Shown here: one piece after another, positions 1-9,129 of the stretch
Layout of the letters: every line of letters starts with the position of its first letter
Position numbering within the stretch: position 1 is the first letter of the stretch
NCBI GenBank assembly: GCA_034722055.1
Contig: JAYENL010000306.1
Coordinates: 1-18,265, forward strand
Reading direction: 5' to 3'
Source: Armatimonadota bacterium
Lineage (GTDB): Bacteria; Armatimonadota; Zipacnadia; Zipacnadales; UBA5352
DNA: 18,265 nucleotides
Notes under the pieces: generated by a model
Seen by the model: only the letters and a program-made list of their open reading frames with translations
Told to the model about the DNA's origin: nothing
Databases searched by the model: none
Made by a program: the position numbers and the translations under genes

Positions 1-218
1 AGGCGAAAAGGAGCTGACGCGGAGGCGGAGATGACCTCCGGCGGGCCATGGTGCCTGCCCGCCGGCGAAAACGGGGCGGAGACGGGTATCTCAGCGGCAT
101 TCGGGTGGGGCTGCGGCCCTGCTGGGGAGCCATCAGGCCACTCATCGCCTATGTTTTTTCCGATGCTGAGCCAAAACCGCATACAAACTCCCTCACACCA
201 ACAAGCGCATAATGTAGG
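1..218 (+). mobile_element. Probable right end of an insertion sequence (transposase would lie upstream of the window)
   Basis: Possible ORF tail ..AKRS* (TGA 15-17), a hairpin CCGGCGGGC/GCCCGCCGG (38-65) and an AT-richer non-coding stretch ending GCGCATAATGTAGG, which abuts the middle of a DUF1080-like reading frame. Family not determinable; the CC-type terminus is reminiscent of IS1380-like ends. Confidence 0.4.
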
Positions 219-404
219 AACAAGACTGAGAGCGCACGCATCACCGTCATCCACAACGGGATGGTCATCCAGAACAATCTGGAGATACCCGGTCCGACCG
301 GCGGGCACCTGGACGAGGATGAGGGTACACCCGGGCCGCTGATGCTCCAGGACCACGGCGGCAACCCGGTTTCGTTCCGGAATGTGTGGGCGGTGCACCT
401 GTAG
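219..404 (+). pseudogene. 3' fragment of a DUF1080 (3-keto-disaccharide hydrolase) family gene
   Basis: Not in the ORF track. Reads NKTESARITVIHNGMVIQNNLEIPGPTGGHLDEDEGTPGPLMLQDHGGNPVSFRNVWAVHL*, matching the DUF1080 C-terminal pattern (ITVxHNG..GPLxLQDHGxPVxFRNxW). In-frame TAA at 210-212 upstream and no N-terminal part. Confidence 0.8.
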
Positions 405-523
405 GCGAATCTGTCAGCCGCCATCGGACCCCGCCCATCAGGACAAAGGCCGCGCTACCGAGCGCGAAGACCCGGTGCGACCCTCTCATGGGCAGGGCCT
501 GCTCCTGAAGGCGCCCGCGGCCG

Positions 524-2374
524 CTACTCAGCGCTCTGGAAGACGTGCTCCGGACTCAGTGAAAGCACCGGGGGCAGCCCCTCCTGCCGGTACAGCGAGG
601 AGTCCTCAAGCGTCCCGGTGTCGGCCTCGGTCAGCTGCACCGACCACACTCCCCGAACGGCGTCCGCCGTCAGCGTAACCGCGGCCACGTCCCCGCCAGT
701 CTGCGCGGTTGAGACGACCTCTCCCTCGGGATTGCGGAGCACTCCCTTGACGGTCTCCGGACTGCGCCCCGTCACCTGCAGCCGGACCACCTCCAGATCC
801 TCGGGAACGCGGAAGAACAGCCGCGTGGCGCCGTGTATGGTGTGAAGGCGCTCCGGCCAGTAGATGCCCACCGGCGCGTTGGCGCTTACAATCCTCCAGG
901 CGCCGCCCCAGTCGCCGGCGGAGACGCCGACGAGGTGCAGACCGTCCGTCTCTGGAGTGAAGCGGACTCGCCCCGATCGCTCTTTCATACTGCCTCCAGC
1001 CAATCGCACTCCATCAGGACCATGCACCACGTAGAAGATCCGCGACCACTGCTTCCCGAGGGGGTTGTGCATCAGCTCAAGGGTAACCGGCTCGCCCGCC
1101 CGCCCCTCAACCAGCAGCATATAGTCGCCGCGGAAGAACGCGGGCGGGAACTGAACGGTCTCTCCCGTCCACTCCGGCGGCTCCATGCCCTCGGCCAGGA
1201 CGTTGGGGTCGAGGTCCCACGACACCGGCGTCTGCCGCGGCTGGAGAGCGAATTGCCAGTCCTCCTGCTGGATCGCGTCGTTGGCGCGTGCGAACCACTC
1301 GAAGTAATCCGGGTGATCCTCCCCGTAGTCAGGCCCCTCATAGAAGACCCAGTAGCCGTCGCCCCGTTGCGCGAGGATCACGGCGTTCCTGCCGCAGAAC
1401 TCGGGATCGGCGCCCATGACCACCGGATCAATGCCGCCGACGTAGTGGAACGGTACGCCCAGTCCCTCAGCCTGCGCGATCAGCGAGCTCAGCAGGTCGC
1501 CGCTGGCCTCAATGGTCGCGCGCTGGGGCGCGAACTTCGTTACCCGGCCGTAGGTCTCCGGGGTGCCGAAGATCACCGGCGCCCGCTCGGTGGACCACTC
1601 CACCGCAGCGGCCTGGCCCGTGAAAGGCTGACCGGGCCCGGGGTAGACCACGAAACGGAAGTCCGGGTTGTGGGCGTCAACCTTCTCCCGCAGCGTCCGA
1701 CACCGCTCCCGCCAGTGCGCAAGCTGGAACTGCTTGAACGCCTCGTGGAGGCCCTGTTCGTCGAGCCATTGTGCGCGCTCGTCGAGCGCCAGCTCCGGCA
1801 GATCGATCTCCTGCGCCTCGGCGAACTTGCCCAGGATCACGTCATCGTAGGAGTAAGGGTAGAGGAAGCCCACGCCCTCGCCGGGGGCGTAGTTCTCGTA
1901 GTCGAGCATCACGCCCAGCAGGTGCGGCTTCTCGGCGCTGATGCGGGCGTATTCGGTGATGTAGCGGTTCGTCCACTCCCAGAACTCGTCGGAGTTGGGG
2001 CTCCACAGCAGCTCCTGGTGGCCGTTGGCCCAGACGGCGCGCTTCCCAGCCGACTCCTCGCCCTCCGGCGCGGCCAGTGTGCCGCGCATCCACACCATGT
2101 GATAGATGTCGCTGGCCGCGCACCAGTCGGTCACGTCGCGCACCATCTCAAGGTCGTCGTAGCCAAGGCGCGGGGAGTAGACGTTGAAGCCCGCGGCGGC
2201 CGTCTCCTCCACGATCCACTGCGCGCTGGTGTCCTCCGCGGCCCGGTGCATGACCTTATCCACGAGAACGCGCAGCTTGACGGTCTCGCCCAGTTCGGCG
2301 GGATCAGGCGCGCTCCATACGGATGGTGCCAGGACGACTGCAAGGCCGATCATGACAGCTCGGAACATCTCCAT
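524..2374 (-). CDS. Secreted protein with putative glycoside-hydrolase-like (TIM-barrel) N-terminal domain and C-terminal beta-sandwich regions
   Basis: Long ORF; GGAGG precedes ATG at 2374 (alternative start 2368); signal-peptide-like MFRAVMIGLAVVLAPSVWSA; GVMLDYENY motif resembles GH-like barrels. Confidence 0.75.
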   Translation of the reverse strand: MEMFRAVMIGLAVVLAPSVWSAPDPAELGETVKLRVLVDKVMHRAAEDTSAQWIVEETAAAGFNVYSPRLGYDDLEMVRDVTDWCAASDIYHMVWMRGTLAAPEGEESAGKRAVWANGHQELLWSPNSDEFWEWTNRYITEYARISAEKPHLLGVMLDYENYAPGEGVGFLYPYSYDDVILGKFAEAQEIDLPELALDERAQWLDEQGLHEAFKQFQLAHWRERCRTLREKVDAHNPDFRFVVYPGPGQPFTGQAAAVEWSTERAPVIFGTPETYGRVTKFAPQRATIEASGDLLSSLIAQAEGLGVPFHYVGGIDPVVMGADPEFCGRNAVILAQRGDGYWVFYEGPDYGEDHPDYFEWFARANDAIQQEDWQFALQPRQTPVSWDLDPNVLAEGMEPPEWTGETVQFPPAFFRGDYMLLVEGRAGEPVTLELMHNPLGKQWSRIFYVVHGPDGVRLAGGSMKERSGRVRFTPETDGLHLVGVSAGDWGGAWRIVSANAPVGIYWPERLHTIHGATRLFFRVPEDLEVVRLQVTGRSPETVKGVLRNPEGEVVSTAQTGGDVAAVTLTADAVRGVWSVQLTEADTGTLEDSSLYRQEGLPPVLSLSPEHVFQSAE

Positions 2375-2665
2375 CACCCTCCCCGAGTGGGAGTTGCTGG
2401 TGCCAGCAGATTCATCGCTCGCGGCAGAAGGGCCTGCCCGCGTGAGCACAAGAGCGGCCGGCCGAGGAGGGCGGGCGGCGGCCCACCGGTTCGCGTGGTC
2501 CCCGCGCCGCTATCCTGCCAGGCGGCTCCCCGATAGCCGGGAGAGGCGGATCACAAACGCGGAGGGAATGAAGCCCATGCGGCGCATCTGAGGAGAACAC
2601 GTCCACCAGGATGAAGTGAGGTATGAGACCTGCGGACCGACAGTGACAGGGAAGGTCGATACCCC

Positions 2666-3964
2666 ATGAGAGGCGGCCTGCTGGCACCCCCCGTCCTGAT
2701 GCTCATGGTGGGAGTGATTGAGATGGGACACGCGGAGAGCGTACGATCCGCAAAGCTGCATCGTCCCGGATCTGCGGTGGCAGGTCTGTGTGAGGCGCAT
2801 CTGGTGTATCTTCGCCTGGTGCGGCGCGACGCGGCGGTGGTGGCCCGCGAGCGAGCCGAACGGGCGAGGCTGCGCACCAAGGGCGTCATCATCAACCGGG
2901 ACGGCTTCAGCTGGATCTGGCGGTGGGGGACGGAAGATCTGGACTGCATCCTGCAGCAGGTCCAGAACATGCAGTACGGCAACGTGGACGCGCTCGACTT
3001 CTGCATCGGCGGGCTGGCGGAGGCCAACTTCAACCACCCAATGACATCCGGACGCAGAGGCATCCCGCCCGGACCGCGCCTGGGCGACAAACGGGCGGCG
3101 CGCGTGTTCCGGTACTTCTACGACAACGATATCGATATGCTGCAGATACTGACCGACCGCTGCCATGAGCTGGGGATCAGTATCTACGCGTCGAACCGCC
3201 TCAATGCCCGCTACCGGCCCAGCGACGTGTGGCGGGATCACCCCGAGTGGCGGCTCGAAAGCGGCGGGGCCTGGGACTTCGCGCTGCCTCAGGTCAGGGA
3301 GTTCTACCGCGACTTCCTGCTCTACGTGGCCGAGAACTACGAGATCGACGGCCTCACGCTGGACTACTCGCGGGGCAAGCGCCGGCACTTCAACCCCGAT
3401 GAGGAGCGCCCGCTGGAGCACATGAACGGGTTCATCCGCGATCTGCGCCGAGGCCTGGACGACATCGAGCGGGAGACGGGCAGAGAGTTGGCGCTGAACA
3501 TCTCGTTCGTCTGTCACACGCACTATGAGGCCGCCTCACCGATCCAGCAGGGGCTGGACGTGCAGACCTGGGTGGATGAGGGCATCGTGGACCTGATCAT
3601 GCCGCACGGACGGGATGCGATGGATTACGTGCAGATGTGCCAGGGTACGGACACGCTGGCGTACGTGCGGACGAGCCGCGGGCTGGACTTCGCGGGGCAG
3701 ACGCTGGGAGCGCACCACCATGACCCGACGGCTGAGGAGGATAAACAGGACAGGCCGCCCATCCAGCGCTGGTTTCCGCTGGACTACATCCAGGAGCTGC
3801 TCGGATGGTATGATGCTGGGGCCGATGGCGTCTTCCAGTTCAACATCTCGGACGCCTGGGTGACCTACCGGAATCTGCCCTACCCGCAGCTCCTGCGCCA
3901 GGAGGTGGCGTCGGGCGAGCCCTACGGCATGATCGAGGGGGAGCATGTCGAGTGGCTGGAGTAG
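2666..3964 (+). CDS. Glycoside hydrolase-like protein (GHL10/DUF187-like), probably exported
   Basis: 432 aa ORF with CHELGISIYASNRLN, WRDHPEWRL, WDFALPQVREF..ENYEIDGLTLDYSR, GLDVQTWVDEGIVD and GADGVFQFN; hydrophobic N-terminus. Confidence 0.75.
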   Translation: MRGGLLAPPVLMLMVGVIEMGHAESVRSAKLHRPGSAVAGLCEAHLVYLRLVRRDAAVVARERAERARLRTKGVIINRDGFSWIWRWGTEDLDCILQQVQNMQYGNVDALDFCIGGLAEANFNHPMTSGRRGIPPGPRLGDKRAARVFRYFYDNDIDMLQILTDRCHELGISIYASNRLNARYRPSDVWRDHPEWRLESGGAWDFALPQVREFYRDFLLYVAENYEIDGLTLDYSRGKRRHFNPDEERPLEHMNGFIRDLRRGLDDIERETGRELALNISFVCHTHYEAASPIQQGLDVQTWVDEGIVDLIMPHGRDAMDYVQMCQGTDTLAYVRTSRGLDFAGQTLGAHHHDPTAEEDKQDRPPIQRWFPLDYIQELLGWYDAGADGVFQFNISDAWVTYRNLPYPQLLRQEVASGEPYGMIEGEHVEWLE

Positions 3965-4142
3965 TCGGAGCCCTGCGAGCATCAGGACCATATGCTCTGC
4001 AAGCGGATCGCACTACCGGGGTCTCCCCGATTCTCGGGCGAGCCCGACTGGCGAGATCATGAGGGTTGGATTTCTGCACGGTCCAGGAGGTTCTGCGGGC
4101 ACCCCTCGCGAAGTCTGAGATGGCCGCGCAGGGCAGTGGAGC

Positions 4143-5733
4143 GAGCCTCTTGCGAAAGGTGAGAGGCCCTGGTGCCGTGGGGGTGGCGGGGAGGGCAGAA
4201 GGTCGTTTACCCCAAGATTCTGGGGGGTGGCCCGACTGTGTTGAGGGGGATGATCGAAAGTATCGGGAGATGAAGGAGGGCCTGCCGCCCCGTCGAGAAC
4301 TGTGACGTGATAAACCAACAACCCTCTCCGAGGAGGCAGGCCCATGAGTTATCTTCTCCAGCCGGCGCTTTTTCCCTTCGACGGATTCGCCGATCTTGAT
4401 GATGACAACTCTCGGCTGGCGCTGGTGCTGTGGGTACTGCCCGATGGGCGGCTGCTGCGATGGCTGGATGAGTAGCGAGCCGGTCGCCGGGACGACTACC
4501 CGCAGGCGATGCTGTGGCGGTGCCTGATCGCCAAGTTCGTGTATCAGATCGACACCTACGCGGAGCTGATCCGGGAGCTTCGGCGCAACGGGAGCCTGCG
4601 GCGGATGGTGGGGATCGCCAGCATCCAGCGGGTGCCGAAGCCCTATCACTTCTCGCGCTTTCTGGAGCGGCTGAGCCAGCCGGAGGGGCAGCGGCATCTG
4701 GAGGAGATGTTCCAGGCGCTGGTCACCCGGCTGAAGCTGGTGTTTCCGAAGTTGGGCCGCCATCTGGCGGTGGATGGCACGGCGGTGCACGCCTATGCCA
4801 ACCAGCGGGGCTCGAAGGCGGATCCGGACGCGCGGTGGGGCGTGCGAAAGTACACCGATGCCGACGGGTAGGTGCGAGAGACCGTCAGGTGGCTGGGCTA
4901 TCTGGTGCATTTGGTGGTCGACTGCGACACGGAGCTGCCTGAGACCCTCAGGGTCTCCTGGGCTTTGCGGTGACGGCCGCCAACGCCCACGAGGGCTCGC
5001 AGATGCAGCCGCTGCTGGATGAGGTGGCCGAGAAGCACCCGCAGATCACCGGGAGCACGGAGGCCGTGATGGCGGATAAGGCCTACGACTCGGCGGACAA
5101 CTGTGAGTATGTGGTGGAGCAGATAGGCGCCCAGGCCATCATCAAGATGCGCCGGACGCTGGAGGATGACGAGCTGTGCCACGCGGCCATCTGCCAGTGC
5201 AACGAGTTGGGGACGCCGATCTGCCCCAGCGATGACAGGATGGTGTACTGGGGCCGGGACGGGGCGTACCTGAAGTGGCGGTGCCCGGTGGCGGCGGGGA
5301 AGGTTCAGCCGGAGGCCTGTGAGTGGAACGGGGCCTGCTCGGACTCTGAGTGCGGGGCGGTGCTCAAGCAGCCCATTGCGGAGGACTACCGCCGGTGGCC
5401 GGGGATCGCGCGCGAGAGCAGCAAGTTCAGGCGGCTGTATGACAGGCGTGGCGCGGCGAAGCGGGTGAACGGTCGGCTCAAGGAGTATCTGCTGCTGGAC
5501 GATCTGACGGTGCGGGGCGAGGGGAAGGTGCGCACGCATGTGATAGGGGCGCTGTTGGTGATGCTGGCAGGCGCCGTGGCGATGGCGGAGGAGGGGATGC
5601 TCGAGAGGGTGAGAGAGACGGTGCGGCTCGCGGCGTAAGCCGGCCGCGAAACGCGGGCCGCGGGACGAAGACCGAGGTGGGAGAATGTACTGAGGGTGGC
5701 TATCTCACTGCATTCGACCTCCGAGAACGCCTC
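4143..5733 (+). mobile_element. Approximate extent of the decayed IS carrying the transposase pseudogene
   Basis: GAGCCTCTTGCGAAA at 4143 looks like a left end. The only candidate right end (..CTCCGAGAACGCCTC, 5719-5733) matches poorly (11/20 by eye), so boundaries are uncertain. Confidence 0.4.
4344..5638 (+). pseudogene. IS1182/IS5-like DDE transposase pseudogene (DUF772 + DDE domain)
   Basis: AGGAGG then ATG at 4344; GRRDDYPQAML..LIRELRRNGSLRRMVG, LAVDGTAVHA, DPDARWG, MADKAYDS. Disrupted by TAG 4473-4475, TAG 4869-4871 and a 17-bp insertion (4941-4957). The expected VERVNxRLK reads AKRVNGRLK. Confidence 0.88.
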
Positions 5734-5840
5734 GAGGCCAGGTGGAGGCGTGCGGCATGGACAGAACAGCTCATGCCGGGCGCATCATGCAACTACTACC
5801 TGCCACTGCCCTCAGCGCACAGCCGCTATCGCAACGGCCT

Positions 5841-6222
5841 CCGGTGATTCAGGAGCTTTACGGCCTGCTGCTGGTTCATTTCGCCATCCGGGGGCTGATG
5901 CACGAGGCAGCGCTGGAGCACAAACGGGACCCGGATGAGCTCTCCTTCACCCATGCGGTGAGCTTGAGTTGGCGAAGCCAATCTACGGTCATCCGGCGCA
6001 CGCTGCCGATGTTCAGCGCCCTTTCCCCCTGAGAGGAGGGAAGTGCTGCACCAGGCGCTGTTGCGGGAGCTGGTGGATGAGCCGGTGGGCTGCAGCCGCG
6101 GCAGACGCAACCCGCGAGCGGTCAAGCGCGCCGCCCGCAAGTTCCCCATCAAGCACAGATGCAAGACGCCACCATCCCGCCCGACGATCACCATTTGCAT
6201 AGCCGCTAATTGAACAGTATTG
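5841..6222 (+). mobile_element. IS4-family remnant: transposase C-terminus plus right terminal repeat
   Basis: VIQELYGLLLVHFAIRGLMHEAA..DPDELSFTHAV..VIRR, then RRNPRAVKR in the +1 frame. Ends in CTAATTGAACAGTATTG (6206-6222), resembling IS4-subgroup termini. Confidence 0.8.
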
Positions 6223-6805
6223 GGGCTAGCCTGTCTTTGTCCTCATACCCAGGGGGGATTTGCTTGTCGTACCGGGCAGACGCATCCTTGCACTTCTGTT
6301 CGTATTGCTCCGGGGCATAGGGAGGGCCAACACGCCCATCGAACAGTTCGGTTAGCTCTCTCCTCACGTGGTCTTCGGTCAGTAGCCTCACAGCCGGGTC
6401 CTCGTCTTCGTCCGCCCCGAGGAGCTCGCGCAGTTGTTCCAGTATCGCGCCCAGGTTCTGGACACCATCAATGAGTTCACGAGTTGTTGGGCGGATGAAA
6501 CCATCCACCAAAACGTCAAGATGCTCTTGACTATCAGAGATAGTGTTGAGCGCCTCCCGGCACTGCTTGACCTCTTGCATGATTACATGGGGCCGGTTCT
6601 GGTGGTACTCCAGTCCGGCCTGATGGGGCAGCCAGACGCGGTCTGCCAGCTCTCTCAGAATGCTCAGGAGCTCTCGCACCGTGTCTCGTCGGTACCTGTA
6701 GAAGCTGAGCAGGACATTCGCATCAAGGGCTACAAGCGCGTGTCGCCAGGTCTCAGCGAATTCCTCTTCGGTGGGCCTGTAGTAGCCGTGAAACTGCTCC
6801 TTCAT
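6223..6805 (-). pseudogene. PIN-like domain protein (PIN_8/DUF4935-like), C-terminally truncated by the IS4 end
   Basis: MKEQFHGYYRPTEEEFAETWRHALVALDANVLLSFYRY..VWLPHQAGLEY..RYDKQIPPGYED. The frame runs into the IS4 terminus and stops at 6206-6208; visibly lower GC than the flanks. Confidence 0.75.
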
Positions 6806-6857
6806 CGGGGCCCCCTCCACCTGCCTTCTCATAGTCAGTTTACTGTTCGATGTCGTT

Positions 6858-8048
6858 TCACGAGTATCCTCCCGACTCTGCAATCGATGGCGACGCCTGA
6901 CCCACCACTGCCGGGCCCCAGGGCGGCTTGCCGTCGCGCAGCACCAGCGCGATGGCCTCCTGATCCTCCAGAATCGCGATGTCCTCCAGTGGATCGCCGC
7001 GCACCATGAGCACGTCGGCCTGCTTGCCGGGCTCCAGCGTGCCGATGCGATGCTCCAGGCCCAGCGCCTGGGCCGTCAGGCGCGTGCCGGCGAGTATGGC
7101 CTCCATAGGCGTCATCCCGCACGCCACCAGCTCCTGCAGCTCGTAGGCCGCATCGCCCGGACCGCCATCGGTGCCCACCGCGATGGTGATGCCCAGCCGG
7201 TGGGCCCGGCGTACGGCCTCGCGGTGCGGCTCATGCGCCTGCTTCATGCGCTCCGTGATGTGCTCCGGCAGGCTCTCGCGGCTGAAGGAGCGCTCGCTGG
7301 TGATGTACAGCGTGGGGACGAGCACCACGCCGGACGCCGCCAGCCGCTCCAGACCGTCATCGTCGAGGTACGAGCCGTGGTGGATCATGTCGCAGCCGGC
7401 CGCGATGGCGGTGTTGATGCCCGGCTGCGCGTGAGCGTGCACCGAGACCCGCCGCCCCCAGGCGTGAGCCTCATCCACCAGCGCAGTCAGCTCCTCGAGG
7501 GTGTAGTTGCGCCACGTCAGGGACTCCGCCGCCCACTGAAAGCCGCCGGAGGCGGCGGTCTTGATGAAGTCCGCGCCCGCCTGCACCATCTGCCGCACCC
7601 CCCGGCGCACCTCCCACGGCCCATCCGCATCGACGCCGGCCACGTTCTCGTCCTCCCGGTGCAGGTGCCCGTAGGTGCAGCCCACCACCGCACCGCAGTG
7701 GTAGCGCGCGCAGCCGCGGATGACATCGCCCTCGATAGCCTCCCGCAGCTTCGGCGCCTCCGGGCCTCCCGTGACGGTGGCCACGGTGGTCACGCCACGC
7801 GAGAGGCTGTCCTGGAGCTTGCGCACCGGCGTGAAGCCGAAGCCTACGTGCATGTGGGCGTCGATCAGCCCCGGCAGGACCGTCATCCCGGACCCGTCGA
7901 TGACGCGCGCGTCATCGGGGATCTCCACGTCTCCAGCGGGCCCGACTGCCGCGATGCGGTCCCCGCGAATCACAAGCGCGGCGGTGTCAATGGGCTGCTC
8001 CCCGCTGCCGTCGATGAGCCTCGCTCCGGTGATGGCGTAGGCTGGCAT
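6858..8048 (-). CDS. Metal-dependent amidohydrolase (prolidase/imidazolonepropionase-like)
   Basis: Start MPAYAITGARLIDG after GGAGGA; PGLIDAHMH, GADFIKT, VSVHAH, HHG, GTDG and GTLEPGKQADVL motifs. The upstream extension in the ORF track is a shadow of the neighbouring gene. Confidence 0.92.
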   Translation of the reverse strand: MPAYAITGARLIDGSGEQPIDTAALVIRGDRIAAVGPAGDVEIPDDARVIDGSGMTVLPGLIDAHMHVGFGFTPVRKLQDSLSRGVTTVATVTGGPEAPKLREAIEGDVIRGCARYHCGAVVGCTYGHLHREDENVAGVDADGPWEVRRGVRQMVQAGADFIKTAASGGFQWAAESLTWRNYTLEELTALVDEAHAWGRRVSVHAHAQPGINTAIAAGCDMIHHGSYLDDDGLERLAASGVVLVPTLYITSERSFSRESLPEHITERMKQAHEPHREAVRRAHRLGITIAVGTDGGPGDAAYELQELVACGMTPMEAILAGTRLTAQALGLEHRIGTLEPGKQADVLMVRGDPLEDIAILEDQEAIALVLRDGKPPWGPAVVGQASPSIAESGGYS

Positions 8049-8246
8049 CTGTTCATCCTCCCTGCGAAGACGCTGCTGGCTGGCCCCAGGAAGTCTGCCC
8101 CCAAGTCCTTCGTCTCCGGACGCCCGAGCCCTCCGCGGCAGGTCCCGCGGCGGTCGTGAGGAAGGATGCGGGAGATCGGCGCCGGGGGGCTCTCTTTGCG
8201 CTGACGCCAGCCGAGAGGTCAACATGCCAGCCGCTGAGGTGAAGAC

Positions 8247-9107
8247 ATGACTGACGGCAAGCGCTCCATTATCTTCGACACCGACATCGGCTCTGACATC
8301 GATGACGCCTACGCCCTGGCGCTGATCCTCTCCAGCCATGAGCTGCAGCTTGAGGCGGTGACGATCGTCAGCGGGGACGTCGGCGAGCGCGGGCGCATTG
8401 CGGCCAAGATGCTGCACCTCGCCGGCCGCGACGACGTGCCGGTGGCCCTGGGCCTCGCCAGCGACAAGGAGGTCAACCAGGCGCCCTGGGCGGAGGGCTT
8501 CGAGTACGAGCCCGACCCGTGGCCAGCGCCGGAGCTGCTGGTGGAGGTGATCTCCGCCCGCCCGGGCGAGATCACGCTGGTGCCGGTGGGGCCGCTGTCG
8601 AACGTGGGGGCGGCGCTGCGGATGCGGCCGGAGCTGGCCGAGGAGGTCGCGGAGATCGTGATCATGGGTGGCGGCGTGCACACCGGCTACCGGCGGAACC
8701 TCGAGCCCGTGCCGGAGTACAACATCCGCGCTGACGTCGAGGCCGCGCGCGTGCTGCTGGGCTCCGGCGCGCCTATCCGCATGGCGGGGCTGGAGGCCAC
8801 CGGGGCCCTGCAGTTCGAGCGCTTCCTTCAGGACCGCCTGGCCTCCTGCGGCCTGCCGCTGCCGCAGGCCATGCGGGGCCTGCTGGAGGTCTGGCCCGCC
8901 ACCACGCCGACGCTCTTCGACCCGATGGCCGTGGCCATGGTCATTGAGCCGGAGATCTGCGACTACGAGCCGACCTGCGTGGCGGTGAGTGACGAGGGCC
9001 TCACCTACCAGTGCGAGGGCGAGCCGAACGTGCGGCTCGCCGTGCGGCCTCGCATCCACCGCTTCTTCGAGCTCTATATGGCGAAGCTGCTGTCAGGCGC
9101 GGCGTAG
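8247..9107 (+). CDS. Nucleoside hydrolase (IU-NH family)
   Basis: IIFDTDIGSDIDDAYALAL, LVPVGPLSNV, IVIMGG, EYNIRADVEAA; GAGGTG RBS. Confidence 0.93.
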   Translation: MTDGKRSIIFDTDIGSDIDDAYALALILSSHELQLEAVTIVSGDVGERGRIAAKMLHLAGRDDVPVALGLASDKEVNQAPWAEGFEYEPDPWPAPELLVEVISARPGEITLVPVGPLSNVGAALRMRPELAEEVAEIVIMGGGVHTGYRRNLEPVPEYNIRADVEAARVLLGSGAPIRMAGLEATGALQFERFLQDRLASCGLPLPQAMRGLLEVWPATTPTLFDPMAVAMVIEPEICDYEPTCVAVSDEGLTYQCEGEPNVRLAVRPRIHRFFELYMAKLLSGAA

Positions 9108-9129
9108 AGGGGCGAGAATCACAGGAGGG

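Noticed and set aside
4060..4085. GGATTTCTGCACGGTCC as an additional IS terminus
   Set aside because: Resemblance only; no partner repeat or transposase found.
4473..4871. Amber read-through or recoding of two in-frame TAGs in the transposase
   Set aside because: The same gene has a frameshifting insertion and a probable catalytic E-to-K change, and TAG is used as a normal stop at 3964, 9107 and 15736. Simple decay is sufficient.
4941..4957. Synthetic Golden Gate cassette (GAGACC..GGTCTC, two BsaI sites)
   Set aside because: Any palindrome containing one site has two, and there are no other vector-like features.
5660..5848. Open frame ..GYLTAFDLRERLEARWRRAAWTEQLMPG.. between the two IS remnants
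   Set aside because: Could be a gene fragment, but it has no convincing start or recognisable family.
8049..9059. 733-aa amidohydrolase fusion in the ORF track
   Set aside because: The extension is the antisense shadow of the nucleoside hydrolase; the domain starts at 8048 with its own RBS.
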